Assembly: GCA_963822445.1 (NCBI GenBank)
Contig: CAWGHO010000001.1
Location: 1,280,001-1,344,000 of the forward strand
Direction of reading: 5' to 3'
Length of the DNA stretch: 64,000 bases
From: an uncultured Acidobacteriota bacterium
GTDB taxonomy: Bacteria; Acidobacteriota; Thermoanaerobaculia; Gp7-AA8
Below the pieces are notes generated by a model, which did no database searches, had not been told where the DNA came from, and worked only from the letters and a program-made list of their open reading frames with translations. Position 1 is the stretch's first letter; every line of letters starts with the position of its first letter. Shown piece by piece: positions 49,725 through 58,055 of this stretch. Position numbers and translations under genes: made by a program.

Positions 49725-50493
49725 TTAAACGGCCTTCATCGCCAGCGAGATGATCTCGCGATGCGTGAAGTAGTTCACCGCCGGGTCGTCGAGGTGGAAG
49801 GTGTAGGTGAAGCGCTCGTCGTTGTCGGCGATGAAGGTGAAGCGGAAGTAGCGGCTCTCGGTGCCGTCGCCGAATTCCTTGATGTTCGCCGGCTGTGCCG
49901 CTTTCCTCCTCCACCTTCAGCACGCGATACAGCCGGTGCGCGCTGATGGGAAGGTCGTCCGGCGGGTAGTGGATGAACTGGATGGCGTAGATCGCCTTGG
50001 GATCGATCTCGCGCTGCGGGTAATCCTGCACGCCCTCGCCGCCCACGCCGGTGAACCAGGACTCGTCTTCCTTGAAGAGGACGAGGTTCGCGGAGTTCTC
50101 GGTCATCGGCAGCGCGCCGCGGTCGAGATGGATGTGCTGCTCGGGATCGGCGGAGTCGCGGAGCTGGGTGAGCAGGTCGATCAGGTACTGGATGCCTTCC
50201 CGCGTGCCGGTCAGGGCGACTTCGTCGTCCTCGTCGGAGATCCAGAGGTCGAGCCAGGCTTCCTTCGGGAGCTTGACCCGGCCCTCGAGCGCCTCGCGGG
50301 TGATGGGGGCAAAGCCCAGGCGCTTGGCGGCGGCCAGGAGGAACTCGTTGCAGTTCGGATCGTCGAGCAGATTCTGCCGGGCATGGTCGATAGCGGCCTC
50401 GTAGGCGCGCTTCCGGCCGAAGTCGTGGCTCAGGTCGAACGGGAGAACGATCTGATCGAGAATCTGAGCAAATCTTTCGGCAGGTTTGGACAT
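49725..50493 (-). CDS. Hypothetical protein with Imm32-like central segment; frameshift near 49896
   Basis: VALTGTREGIQYLIDLL...HIHLD. Repaired C-terminus NIKEFGDGTESRYFRFTF...ISLAMKAV*. Confidence 0.65.
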
Positions 50494-50549
50494 GGCGTCG
50501 CGGGGGTAAACCGGGGCGAATCTAGCATATTTCGTTACGGGGTTCCCCC

Positions 50550-50617
50550 GTGTAGTGTGGGCCTCCGGCCTACCTTTCGTCCCCCGCCCAAAGGTAGGCC
50601 GGAGGCCCACACTACAC
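50550..50617. repeat. REP-doublet palindrome (GTAG-tagged), copy 2
   Basis: Perfect 28-bp inverted repeat GTGTAGTGTGGGCCTCCGGCCTACCTTT with a 12-nt spacer. Confidence 0.92.
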
Positions 50618-50621
50618 CGCG

Positions 50622-51191
50622 TCAGCCGCTGGTCCGCTCCCGCTGCTTCCAGTCCTTGTCCATCTCCGAAAGGAATCCCGCCAGGTCGTCGGCGTGCTCT
50701 TCCTCGACGGCGAGGATGCCTTCCAGCATGCGCCGGGTGGTGATGTCGTCGTCGCCGATGTAGCGGATCATCTCCGTGTAGGAGTCGATGGCCACCCGCT
50801 CGGCGATGAGGTCTTCCTTGATCATCTCCAGCAGGGTCGTCCCTTCGACGTACTCCGAGTGCGAGCGCGACAGGATCCCCTCGGGGCTGAAGTTCGGCGA
50901 GCCGCCGAGCTGGACGATCCGGCCGGCGATCTCGTCGGCATGGCCCTGCTCCTCGTTCGCGTGCACCAGGAACTCCGCGGCGATCGGGTCGGCGTGAATG
51001 CCTTGGGCCATGAAGTAATGGCGCTTGTAGCGCAGGACGCAGACGATCTCCGTGGCCAGCGCCTCGTTCAGGATCTTGATCACGGTCTCGCGGTTCCCGC
51101 GATACCCCTCGGTCACCGCACCTTCTTCGATGTGCTGTCTGGCGCGGCGCCGGAGCTCCTGAACGTCAGTCAGAAACGGCTTATCGGTCAT
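50622..51191 (-). CDS. Bacterioferritin-like (ferritin-like domain) protein
   Basis: LNEALATEIVCVLRY, EEQGHAD, EDLIAERVAI and EEEHADD di-iron motifs; GGAG SD. Confidence 0.88.
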   Translation of the reverse strand: MTDKPFLTDVQELRRRARQHIEEGAVTEGYRGNRETVIKILNEALATEIVCVLRYKRHYFMAQGIHADPIAAEFLVHANEEQGHADEIAGRIVQLGGSPNFSPEGILSRSHSEYVEGTTLLEMIKEDLIAERVAIDSYTEMIRYIGDDDITTRRMLEGILAVEEEHADDLAGFLSEMDKDWKQRERTSG

Positions 51192-51235
51192 GTACTTCTC
51201 CTTCTGATGCTCTGCTGATGCAATGCAAAGCCCGT

Positions 51236-52363
51236 TCAATCCGCGCCGAAGCGCGTGCGGCCGGCATCGTACATCCGCCCCCGCCAGTGCAACTGCCGGC
51301 GGATTCCGGTGACCCAGGTCGAGCGAATGAGGATCCACATCCAGAGCAGCACCATCAGCGGATTGCCGAAGATCGCGTTGTCGAGGCGGTATCCGAGTGA
51401 AGTGAACAGGACCACCCGGGTCAGGCTGATGACGATCACCGTGGCGATGGCGGCTAGGTCGCCGGTGAGCGCGGCGAGGTAGGGATAGACGTGCAGGACG
51501 ATGCTGAGGAAGACCATGAAGCTCGTCAGCAGGTAGCTCCGTCCGAACGTGGAAAACGAGTTCTTGGTGAAGCCGTCGACCACCTCGCGCAGGCCGCGAT
51601 ACATCCGCACGTAGACGAGATCATCCGCACGCACGGCCTCGGTGCGATGTCCGGCGCGGCGGATCAGCCTCGCCAGCGCCACGTCATCGACGACGGCGTC
51701 TTTGAGGGCCTCGTGGCCGCCCGCGGCGTCGTACACCTCGCGTCCGACGAGATTCCCCGGACCACCGCCGATGGCCAGCACCGGAATGCGCGTTCGATTC
51801 GACAGCCAGAGATCGAGAACCATGAACGCGAACACCGCCAGGTTGGGCATGGCGATGTGCTCCCAGAACCCGCGCATGCCCAGCCGCGGAAAGAGCGTCA
51901 TCATGGCCACGCCCGTTTCTTCGAGACGGGCCACCGCGGCCGCGACGGCTTCGGGCTGGTAGACCACGTCGGCGTCGACGAAGAGCAGCAGCTCGCCACG
52001 CGCGCGAAGACTTCCCTGATGCAACGCCCACGGTTTCCCCAGCCATCCGGCTGGCGGTTCCTCGCCGTGGATCGTCACGAGACGGGAATCGGCGGCCGCG
52101 ATCTCCTGCAGGATCGCGCCGGTCCCGTCGGTGGAACGGTCATCGACGACGATGACTTCGAGCGCCGGGTAGGTCTGCGCGAGCAGCCCGCGGACGGTCT
52201 GTCCGATGGACTGCTCTTCGTCGCGAGCGGGGACGATGATCGAGACCAGCGGGGTGCGTTTCGGCATCCGCGGCTTCAGCCGGTACGTCGTGACCACGTT
52301 GATGATCGTCCGCACCAGAGCGGCGATCCACATGACCAGAAGGACGTAATTGAGCACGCGCAT
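51236..52363 (-). CDS. GT2 glycosyltransferase (CrtQ/HpnB-like)
   Basis: SIIVPARDEE, VVDDRSTDGT, GWLGKPWA, FVDADV, VVDDVALA, RMY and WRGR. Confidence 0.88.
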   Translation of the reverse strand: MRVLNYVLLVMWIAALVRTIINVVTTYRLKPRMPKRTPLVSIIVPARDEEQSIGQTVRGLLAQTYPALEVIVVDDRSTDGTGAILQEIAAADSRLVTIHGEEPPAGWLGKPWALHQGSLRARGELLLFVDADVVYQPEAVAAAVARLEETGVAMMTLFPRLGMRGFWEHIAMPNLAVFAFMVLDLWLSNRTRIPVLAIGGGPGNLVGREVYDAAGGHEALKDAVVDDVALARLIRRAGHRTEAVRADDLVYVRMYRGLREVVDGFTKNSFSTFGRSYLLTSFMVFLSIVLHVYPYLAALTGDLAAIATVIVISLTRVVLFTSLGYRLDNAIFGNPLMVLLWMWILIRSTWVTGIRRQLHWRGRMYDAGRTRFGAD

Positions 52364-52376
52364 TCGCGCGTTTACG

Positions 52377-53102
52377 TTACGCCTGTCCCGCGCGCCGTGC
52401 CGCTTCGACCGCGTACTGCGACTCGGGATATTCGGTCGTGATGCGGCGGTATGCCTCGCGCGACTTCTCGGCGTTGCCCTGAACGTCGTACGCCTGGGCC
52501 AGGAGAACGAGAAGCGCGTCGCCGGGCAGGGCCGGCTCGGGCTTGCCCAGCTCGGACGTCAGCTCGGTCGCGACCTGAGCCGCTTCGCCGTTCTCGATGC
52601 GCAGCTGGTAGAGGCTGTAGCGGGCGGAGGCGCCGAGGAGGGGGTGGTCGCCGTGGTCGTCGATGAATTCCTCGAGACCTTTGCGGGCACCGGCCGCGTC
52701 GCCCTTGGTGACGGCGAGACGCGCCAGGTAAAGGCCGGCGATGTCGGCCGCGTCGGTGCCGCCGAACTTCGACTGAACCTCGCGGAACTGCTTCTCCGCG
52801 GCGGTGTTGCGCTCTTCGGGGGTCTTGAACTTCGGCGCGTTGGGCGCCTGCTCTTGCTGCTGTTGCGGGTCCTCGCCGACCGGCGCTTCGATGGTGTCGA
52901 TGGCGCTGGCCAGAGCGAGCTGGGCCTTGGTTTCCTGATTGCTGCTGTAGAAGTACCAGCCGTAAGCGATGAGGGCGATGGCGATCACGCCGATGGCGAT
53001 GAAAAGCAGACCGCGCTGGTTAGCCTTCGCGCGGACCGAAAGTGCGCCGATCTCATCGACGAACTTGTCGTGTTTAAGGTCATGCCGGTGTTGACGATCC
53101 AT
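52377..53102 (-). CDS. YfgM-like membrane-anchored TPR protein
   Basis: RHDLKHDKF N-terminus, a single TM segment and TPR-like helices ending EYPESQYA. Confidence 0.75.
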   Translation of the reverse strand: MDRQHRHDLKHDKFVDEIGALSVRAKANQRGLLFIAIGVIAIALIAYGWYFYSSNQETKAQLALASAIDTIEAPVGEDPQQQQEQAPNAPKFKTPEERNTAAEKQFREVQSKFGGTDAADIAGLYLARLAVTKGDAAGARKGLEEFIDDHGDHPLLGASARYSLYQLRIENGEAAQVATELTSELGKPEPALPGDALLVLLAQAYDVQGNAEKSREAYRRITTEYPESQYAVEAARRAGQA

Positions 53103-53136
53103 TGGGGGGAAAAGCCTCCGTAAAGAAGAGGGGCGA

Positions 53137-53165
53137 ACTGTAGTTCAGGCGTGGCGAACCGTCAA
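53137..53165 (-). promoter_or_regulatory. Putative sigma70 promoter for the YfgM-like gene
   Basis: Minus strand TTGACG, 17 bp spacer, TACAGT. Confidence 0.6.
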
Positions 53166-53193
53166 CGAACGGGGGGGATTCCCGGATCTTGCC

Positions 53194-53282
53194 GGTTGCG
53201 AGGTTGCGGGGTTTCGGGGTTACGAGGCTGGAAGAAGGATGCTCCTCCTCGAAACCCCGTAACCCCGCAACCCCGTAACCCC
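53194..53282. repeat. Inverted array of G-rich octamer GTTDCGRG, copy 3
   Basis: GGTTGCGAGGTTGCGGGGTTTCGGGGTTACGAGG ... CCTCGAAACCCCGTAACCCCGCAACCCCGTAACCCC. Confidence 0.88.
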
Positions 53283-53355
53283 ACTACAATGAAGGGCACT
53301 CGGTTTGCACCAGCCCGAAATCACGTTTTCGATCTCACAAATGCCCGGGAGAGCC

Positions 53356-54528
53356 ATGACCGCGCGGTGCGCTGCTTCGATTCTTTTTTTTCTCACCTTC
53401 GCGGCGACTGCTGCTCCGAAGCGGGTGGACATCGACCTTTCCGGCGCAACCGTCCTCTGCTATCACATCGTCGAATCGCCCGCCGCACCGCGGATGCACA
53501 TCACCCGCGACGTGTTCCGCCAGCACCTGCGCTACCTGGAGATGACCGGTTACAACGTCATCCCGCTGCGCCATCTGTACGAGTACGTTTCCGGCAAACG
53601 CGCCTCGCTGCCGAAGAACGCCGTGGTCATCACCATCGATGACGGATGGTCCAGTACCTACACCGAGATCTTCCCCGAGCTGCAGAAACGCAAGTTTCCG
53701 TTCACGGTCTTCATTTATCCGAAGATCATCGGGCAGACCTCCAACGCCCTGACCTGGAAGCAGATCAAAGAGATGTCCGACGCCGGCGTGGACATCCAGA
53801 GCCACTCCCTGTCACATCCGTTCCTCACCCGCCGCCGTCATCGCTCGATGGGCGACAAGCAGTACGGCGAGTGGATTCAGCGCGAGCTCGCCGAGAGCAA
53901 GCGCATTCTCGAGAAGAACACCGGCAAGAAGGTGCACTTCCTCGCCTACCCGTATGGCGACTACGACGACAAGCTCACCGAGCAGGTGGAGAAGGCCGGC
54001 TACAAAGCGGCGCTCACCTGCGACTTCGGCCTGGTGCGCAAGGGCAGCGACCCGCTGCGCATGAAGCGATTCGTGATCGACGACCGCATGGACTTCGCCG
54101 AGTTCCGCCGCTACCTCGGCGCGTCACCGATGCAGCTGGCCGAGACCACTCCCAAGCCGGGCGTGGTCGATCCGACGGCCAAGGTGATCTCCGCGAAGAT
54201 CCCCAATCACCAGAACGTCGACCCCCACTCCGTCGGCATGGCTCTGCTCAGCCTCGGATCGATGGTCCCCTATTCGTACGACGCCCGCAGCGGCGCGATC
54301 AGCCTCGTGCTGCAGGACGCGATCAGCTCGCTCAAGACCAAAACCCATCGGGCGGTCGTCTGGGCCAATGACCTGAAGACCGGCAAGCGCATCGAGGCGA
54401 CCTGGGTGTTCCGCCTGCCCGATCCTGCCGCCCCCGCGCCCGCCACCACCCAGCCCGCCCCCCCTCCTGCCGTCAGCGCGGCGGGGATGCTCGGCGGCGC
54501 ATCGCCGGGCGGATCGCCGAAGCGCTAA
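53356..54528 (+). CDS. Polysaccharide deacetylase (CE4/NodB; IcaB/PgaB-like)
   Basis: VLCYH, ITIDDGW, QSHSLSHP and LAYPYG; signal peptide. Start approximate. Confidence 0.87.
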   Translation: MTARCAASILFFLTFAATAAPKRVDIDLSGATVLCYHIVESPAAPRMHITRDVFRQHLRYLEMTGYNVIPLRHLYEYVSGKRASLPKNAVVITIDDGWSSTYTEIFPELQKRKFPFTVFIYPKIIGQTSNALTWKQIKEMSDAGVDIQSHSLSHPFLTRRRHRSMGDKQYGEWIQRELAESKRILEKNTGKKVHFLAYPYGDYDDKLTEQVEKAGYKAALTCDFGLVRKGSDPLRMKRFVIDDRMDFAEFRRYLGASPMQLAETTPKPGVVDPTAKVISAKIPNHQNVDPHSVGMALLSLGSMVPYSYDARSGAISLVLQDAISSLKTKTHRAVVWANDLKTGKRIEATWVFRLPDPAAPAPATTQPAPPPAVSAAGMLGGASPGGSPKR

Positions 54529-54559
54529 ACACCTCACGGCCACCGGTCGTATCACCCTC

Positions 54560-56122
54560 ATGCGGATCCTGACCCTGCTCGCGGTTCTTTTGTCGATTCA
54601 CGTCGAGGCTCAGGATCTCCGCCTCACGACCGACCGTGAAAAGATCAGCGTCCACACCGGGGCCGCTTTCCATCTCCGCAACATCGGCGAGGCCGATGCC
54701 CGCGATGCCGTGGTCACGCTGGAGCTCGAGCAGCCGGGTCTGGAGTTCTACCGCGGTACGAATCCCTGGACCCCGGTTCACGGCTGGACCTGCACCTCCA
54801 CTCCCACGACCGCCACCTGCACCATCGCCACGTTCCCGGCCGGCGCGAGCCTGGCCATCATTCCCATCGTCCGGCAGATCGAACCGACCGGCGGGCATCG
54901 CAAATTGACAGTCACGGCCAGCGCTCTCAACACGGTGAAGCAGACCGCCGTGGTGGACGTCGTCGCCGACCATCGGCTCCTCGTGACCACCAACGCTGAT
55001 TTCGGCGCGGGCTCGCTGCGCGCGGCCATCGAGGAGATCAACGCGCAGCCGATGTGCGGCACCGACGTCCCTTGCGTGGTCCGCTTCTCCGGCCCGATGG
55101 TGATCGCCCCCGCAACGCCGCTTCCGGCGATCACGAAGTGCAACGTGGACATCGTGGGTCGCTTCGCGGATCCACAGGCCCCTCCGGTGTTGGTGGAGGA
55201 CCTCGTCCTCAGCGGCGAGAATGTGAGCTATGGCAACGGCCTCCACGTCCGCATCACCTCATGCACGGAACCGGTGGGGGTCGACATCGCTCAGATGACC
55301 ATTCACTCCTGGCCGTGGAACGGGATCGTGTACGACGAGCCCTCGCCGGCACCGGTACGTGCTCACAGCATCCGCGGGGTCCACGTCGGCACCGACGCGA
55401 CGGGCTCGATCGCGCTGGGGAATGGTGCCCGCGGCATCGCCCTCGACACGACCAATGACTACTTCTTCATCGCTGGCGGCGTCATCGGCGCCAACGGTCG
55501 CAGCGGCATCGGCATCTTCCGCGGAAGGCGCGTCGAGATCTCCAGCATCAGCGTCGGCATGGGCCGCGACGGCTCGCCCTTGGGCAACGGCGCCAGAGGC
55601 GTGTTCTCCCTCGGCACGCCATTCAGCGTGAACTTCAGCACCATCGCTTACAACGCGCACTACGGCATCGCGTTGACGCCGGGACTGGTGGAAGCACACC
55701 TCGAGAACAACGCCATCCATTCGAATGGCGGTTTGCCCATCGACTGGAATCTCGACGGTCCTTCACCAGTCGACGACGAAACGGACGGCATCCTCAACAC
55801 GCCTCGCGTGCTCGATGCGTTTTACGACGCCGGCTCGAACCGCACCATCGTCCGCGGCGAGGTGCGCCTGCGCCGCGATGCCTCGCGCTATGCGTACAAC
55901 GTCGATCTCTTCTCCGGCGTCACGCCGCGCGGTGACACGCCGAAGCGATTCATCTTTCGGACGAACATCCTCGCCGCGCAGGTCCCGGCCACGGCCGGCG
56001 ACGTTCCGTTCGAGGTCAGCTACGAGGGCGATCTGCGCGGACAACTCGTCGCCATCCAGATCCATGCGGTGAGCGGCGTCAAGGTCTCCACGGAGATCAG
56101 CGAAGGCTTCCTGGTCCGCTAG
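54560..56122 (+). CDS. Secreted DUF11-like + parallel beta-helix protein
   Basis: Signal peptide, NIGEADARDAVV (DUF11-like), VTTNADFGAGSLRAAIEEIN, VGTDATG...GN..GI and NAIHSNGGLPID. Confidence 0.7.
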   Translation: MRILTLLAVLLSIHVEAQDLRLTTDREKISVHTGAAFHLRNIGEADARDAVVTLELEQPGLEFYRGTNPWTPVHGWTCTSTPTTATCTIATFPAGASLAIIPIVRQIEPTGGHRKLTVTASALNTVKQTAVVDVVADHRLLVTTNADFGAGSLRAAIEEINAQPMCGTDVPCVVRFSGPMVIAPATPLPAITKCNVDIVGRFADPQAPPVLVEDLVLSGENVSYGNGLHVRITSCTEPVGVDIAQMTIHSWPWNGIVYDEPSPAPVRAHSIRGVHVGTDATGSIALGNGARGIALDTTNDYFFIAGGVIGANGRSGIGIFRGRRVEISSISVGMGRDGSPLGNGARGVFSLGTPFSVNFSTIAYNAHYGIALTPGLVEAHLENNAIHSNGGLPIDWNLDGPSPVDDETDGILNTPRVLDAFYDAGSNRTIVRGEVRLRRDASRYAYNVDLFSGVTPRGDTPKRFIFRTNILAAQVPATAGDVPFEVSYEGDLRGQLVAIQIHAVSGVKVSTEISEGFLVR

Positions 56123-56421
56123 CCCTTCGGCAGCTTGATCTCCGGCTCTTCCTCACGCTCGCGATAGAGAATCGCCGTCTTCCCGATCGTCCCGGCGAGC
56201 TGCGAATCGGTCTCGCTCGCCAGGCGATCGGCGGCAGCCTTCCGCTCTTTCGGCTCGTCGATCTCCAGGCGCACCTTGATCAGCTCGTGTGAATGGAGGG
56301 ATTTCTTCGTCTCGGCGACGACGGACGCGGTCACACCGCCTTTCCCTACCCGCACGATCGGCGCGAGGGGGTGAGCGAGACCTCTGAGGAACTGCCGTTG
56401 TTTCGCAGTGAGCACAGCCAT
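56119..56421 (-). CDS. yhbY: CRM-domain RNA-binding protein YhbY
   Basis: LTAKQRQFLRGLAHPL, VGKGG, HELIKV and IGKTAILYR. Confidence 0.93.
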   Translation of the reverse strand: MAVLTAKQRQFLRGLAHPLAPIVRVGKGGVTASVVAETKKSLHSHELIKVRLEIDEPKERKAAADRLASETDSQLAGTIGKTAILYREREEEPEIKLPKG

Positions 56422-56512
56422 AAGGACTTATCGTACTTCTTCTTCCCCCTCTCCGTGGAATTTCGTATAGTTATTCGTACGTTCTTTCGCGCGTCCAGAA
56501 GTAGAAAACAGC

Positions 56513-56601
56513 GATCACACGACAATGGCAAACCCTCGGTGACGAGGGGACGCAAAGCCCACGGGTCTCGCGAAGAGACGGCCGGGCTGCCGAATGTGAT
56601 T
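56513..56601 (+). ncRNA. c-di-GMP-I (GEMM-I) riboswitch aptamer
   Basis: GGCAAACC-CTCG-GTGA-CGAG-GGGACGCAAAGCC-CACGGGTCTC...GAGAC-GGCCGGGCTGCCGAA. GNRA loop in P2; P1 extension ATCACA/TGTGAT; upstream of a same-strand gene. Confidence 0.92.
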
Positions 56602-56660
56602 GGAAGAGCGCGTAGCTCTTCGATCCGGCAACAGGAACCGGTGATCGCTCGGAGGTCTCG

Positions 56661-58025
56661 ATGCGGTCTCGGTTTTTGTTTTCAGCCGTTGCCCTGTTCG
56701 CGTTCGCCGTTCCCGGCTACGCCTACCGGATGTCCGCGTGGGTTCCCTCCTGGGACCCGAATGCCGTAACGGTCATGCAGACCCAGGCCGGCAACCTCGA
56801 AGAGACGAATCCCGGCTGGTACACCATCGCCGCCGACGGCTCGGTCACGAAGAATTACAAGGCCGAGGATCCGACGATGCGCGCGGCGCTGACCGGGACG
56901 ATGCTCGTTCCGACGATCAAGAACTACGTCGGCGGCCGTTTCGACGGTGCTCTCGTCGCGGCGATCATCAACGATCCGGTCAGGCGTGAGGCCCACGCCG
57001 AAACGCTGGCGCAGCTCGTCGTCGACAGCGGTGTCGACGGCATCGACATCGATTACGAAGGCGTGCCCACCACCTCGAACGCGAACTTCACCACGTTCAT
57101 CCAGATCCTCGCCGAGAAGCTTCACGCAACGCGGCGCGTACTGTCGGTCACCGTACACGCGAAGACGAGCGACAAGACGAACTGGAACGGCCCCGGCGCG
57201 CAGGACTGGCTCGCGATCGGCGCGGCTGCCGATTCCGTGAAGATCATGGGCTACGACAAACACCACTCCGCCAGTGTTGCCGGCGCGGTCGCGCCGCTCG
57301 ACTGGCTGGGCCAGGTCGCCGCGTACGCGCAGTCGACCATCCCCGAAGGCAAGGCCATTCTCGGCCTGCCCTGGTACGGCTACGACTGGCTCGGGACCGA
57401 CGGCACGACCGTGACCTACGCCGGTGCGATGACCATCGCCCAGCGCGTCGGCGCCGCGGTCACGCGCGACGTGAACGGCGAAGCGACCTTCACCTACGAA
57501 GGCCGCACGGTGTTCTTCCAGGACTTCACGTCGTACAAGACCAAGATCGACTTCATCACGAAGAACTACCCGGCCATCGCCGGATTCGCGGCGTGGCGCG
57601 TCGGTTCGGAAGATCCGGCGATCTGGCCGGTCGTCCGCGAGCTGACCATGCAGGCCGCCGGCTCGGCGCCGGTCAAAGGCCCGGCGATGAGCTTCGCCGT
57701 CGACGGCCCCCGCCAGCTCAAGCTCGTCGCCGGTGAAGCAACGGCCGCGGAGTACGCGTACGTCGGAATCAATGGCTTCGACCTCAACGTCACCGCCAGC
57801 ATCAAGGTCCTCGACGAATTCGGCGGCACGGTTGCGCTGAGCTCGCCGACGGTCACCGCGACCAGCGGCACGAAGCTCCTCGTGAGCGTGCCGAAGTCGA
57901 CGCCAGCCGGCTCGTACCGGATTCTCGTGAAGATGTCCGGCGCGGGAATCCGCCACGAAAAGATCGTGACGCTGAACGTGGAAGCACCGGCGCCTCCGAA
58001 GTCGAGCAAACGTCGCGCGGCGTAA
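56661..58025 (+). CDS. Secreted GH18 glycoside hydrolase (chitinase/YaaH-like) with C-terminal Ig-like domain
   Basis: Catalytic DGIDIDYE, IMGYD, LGLPWYGYDW and WRVGSED; GGAGG SD. Confidence 0.9.
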   Translation: MRSRFLFSAVALFAFAVPGYAYRMSAWVPSWDPNAVTVMQTQAGNLEETNPGWYTIAADGSVTKNYKAEDPTMRAALTGTMLVPTIKNYVGGRFDGALVAAIINDPVRREAHAETLAQLVVDSGVDGIDIDYEGVPTTSNANFTTFIQILAEKLHATRRVLSVTVHAKTSDKTNWNGPGAQDWLAIGAAADSVKIMGYDKHHSASVAGAVAPLDWLGQVAAYAQSTIPEGKAILGLPWYGYDWLGTDGTTVTYAGAMTIAQRVGAAVTRDVNGEATFTYEGRTVFFQDFTSYKTKIDFITKNYPAIAGFAAWRVGSEDPAIWPVVRELTMQAAGSAPVKGPAMSFAVDGPRQLKLVAGEATAAEYAYVGINGFDLNVTASIKVLDEFGGTVALSSPTVTATSGTKLLVSVPKSTPAGSYRILVKMSGAGIRHEKIVTLNVEAPAPPKSSKRRAA

Positions 58026-58055
58026 ACGGCAACATTTTTGCCTCGGGGCATCCCC

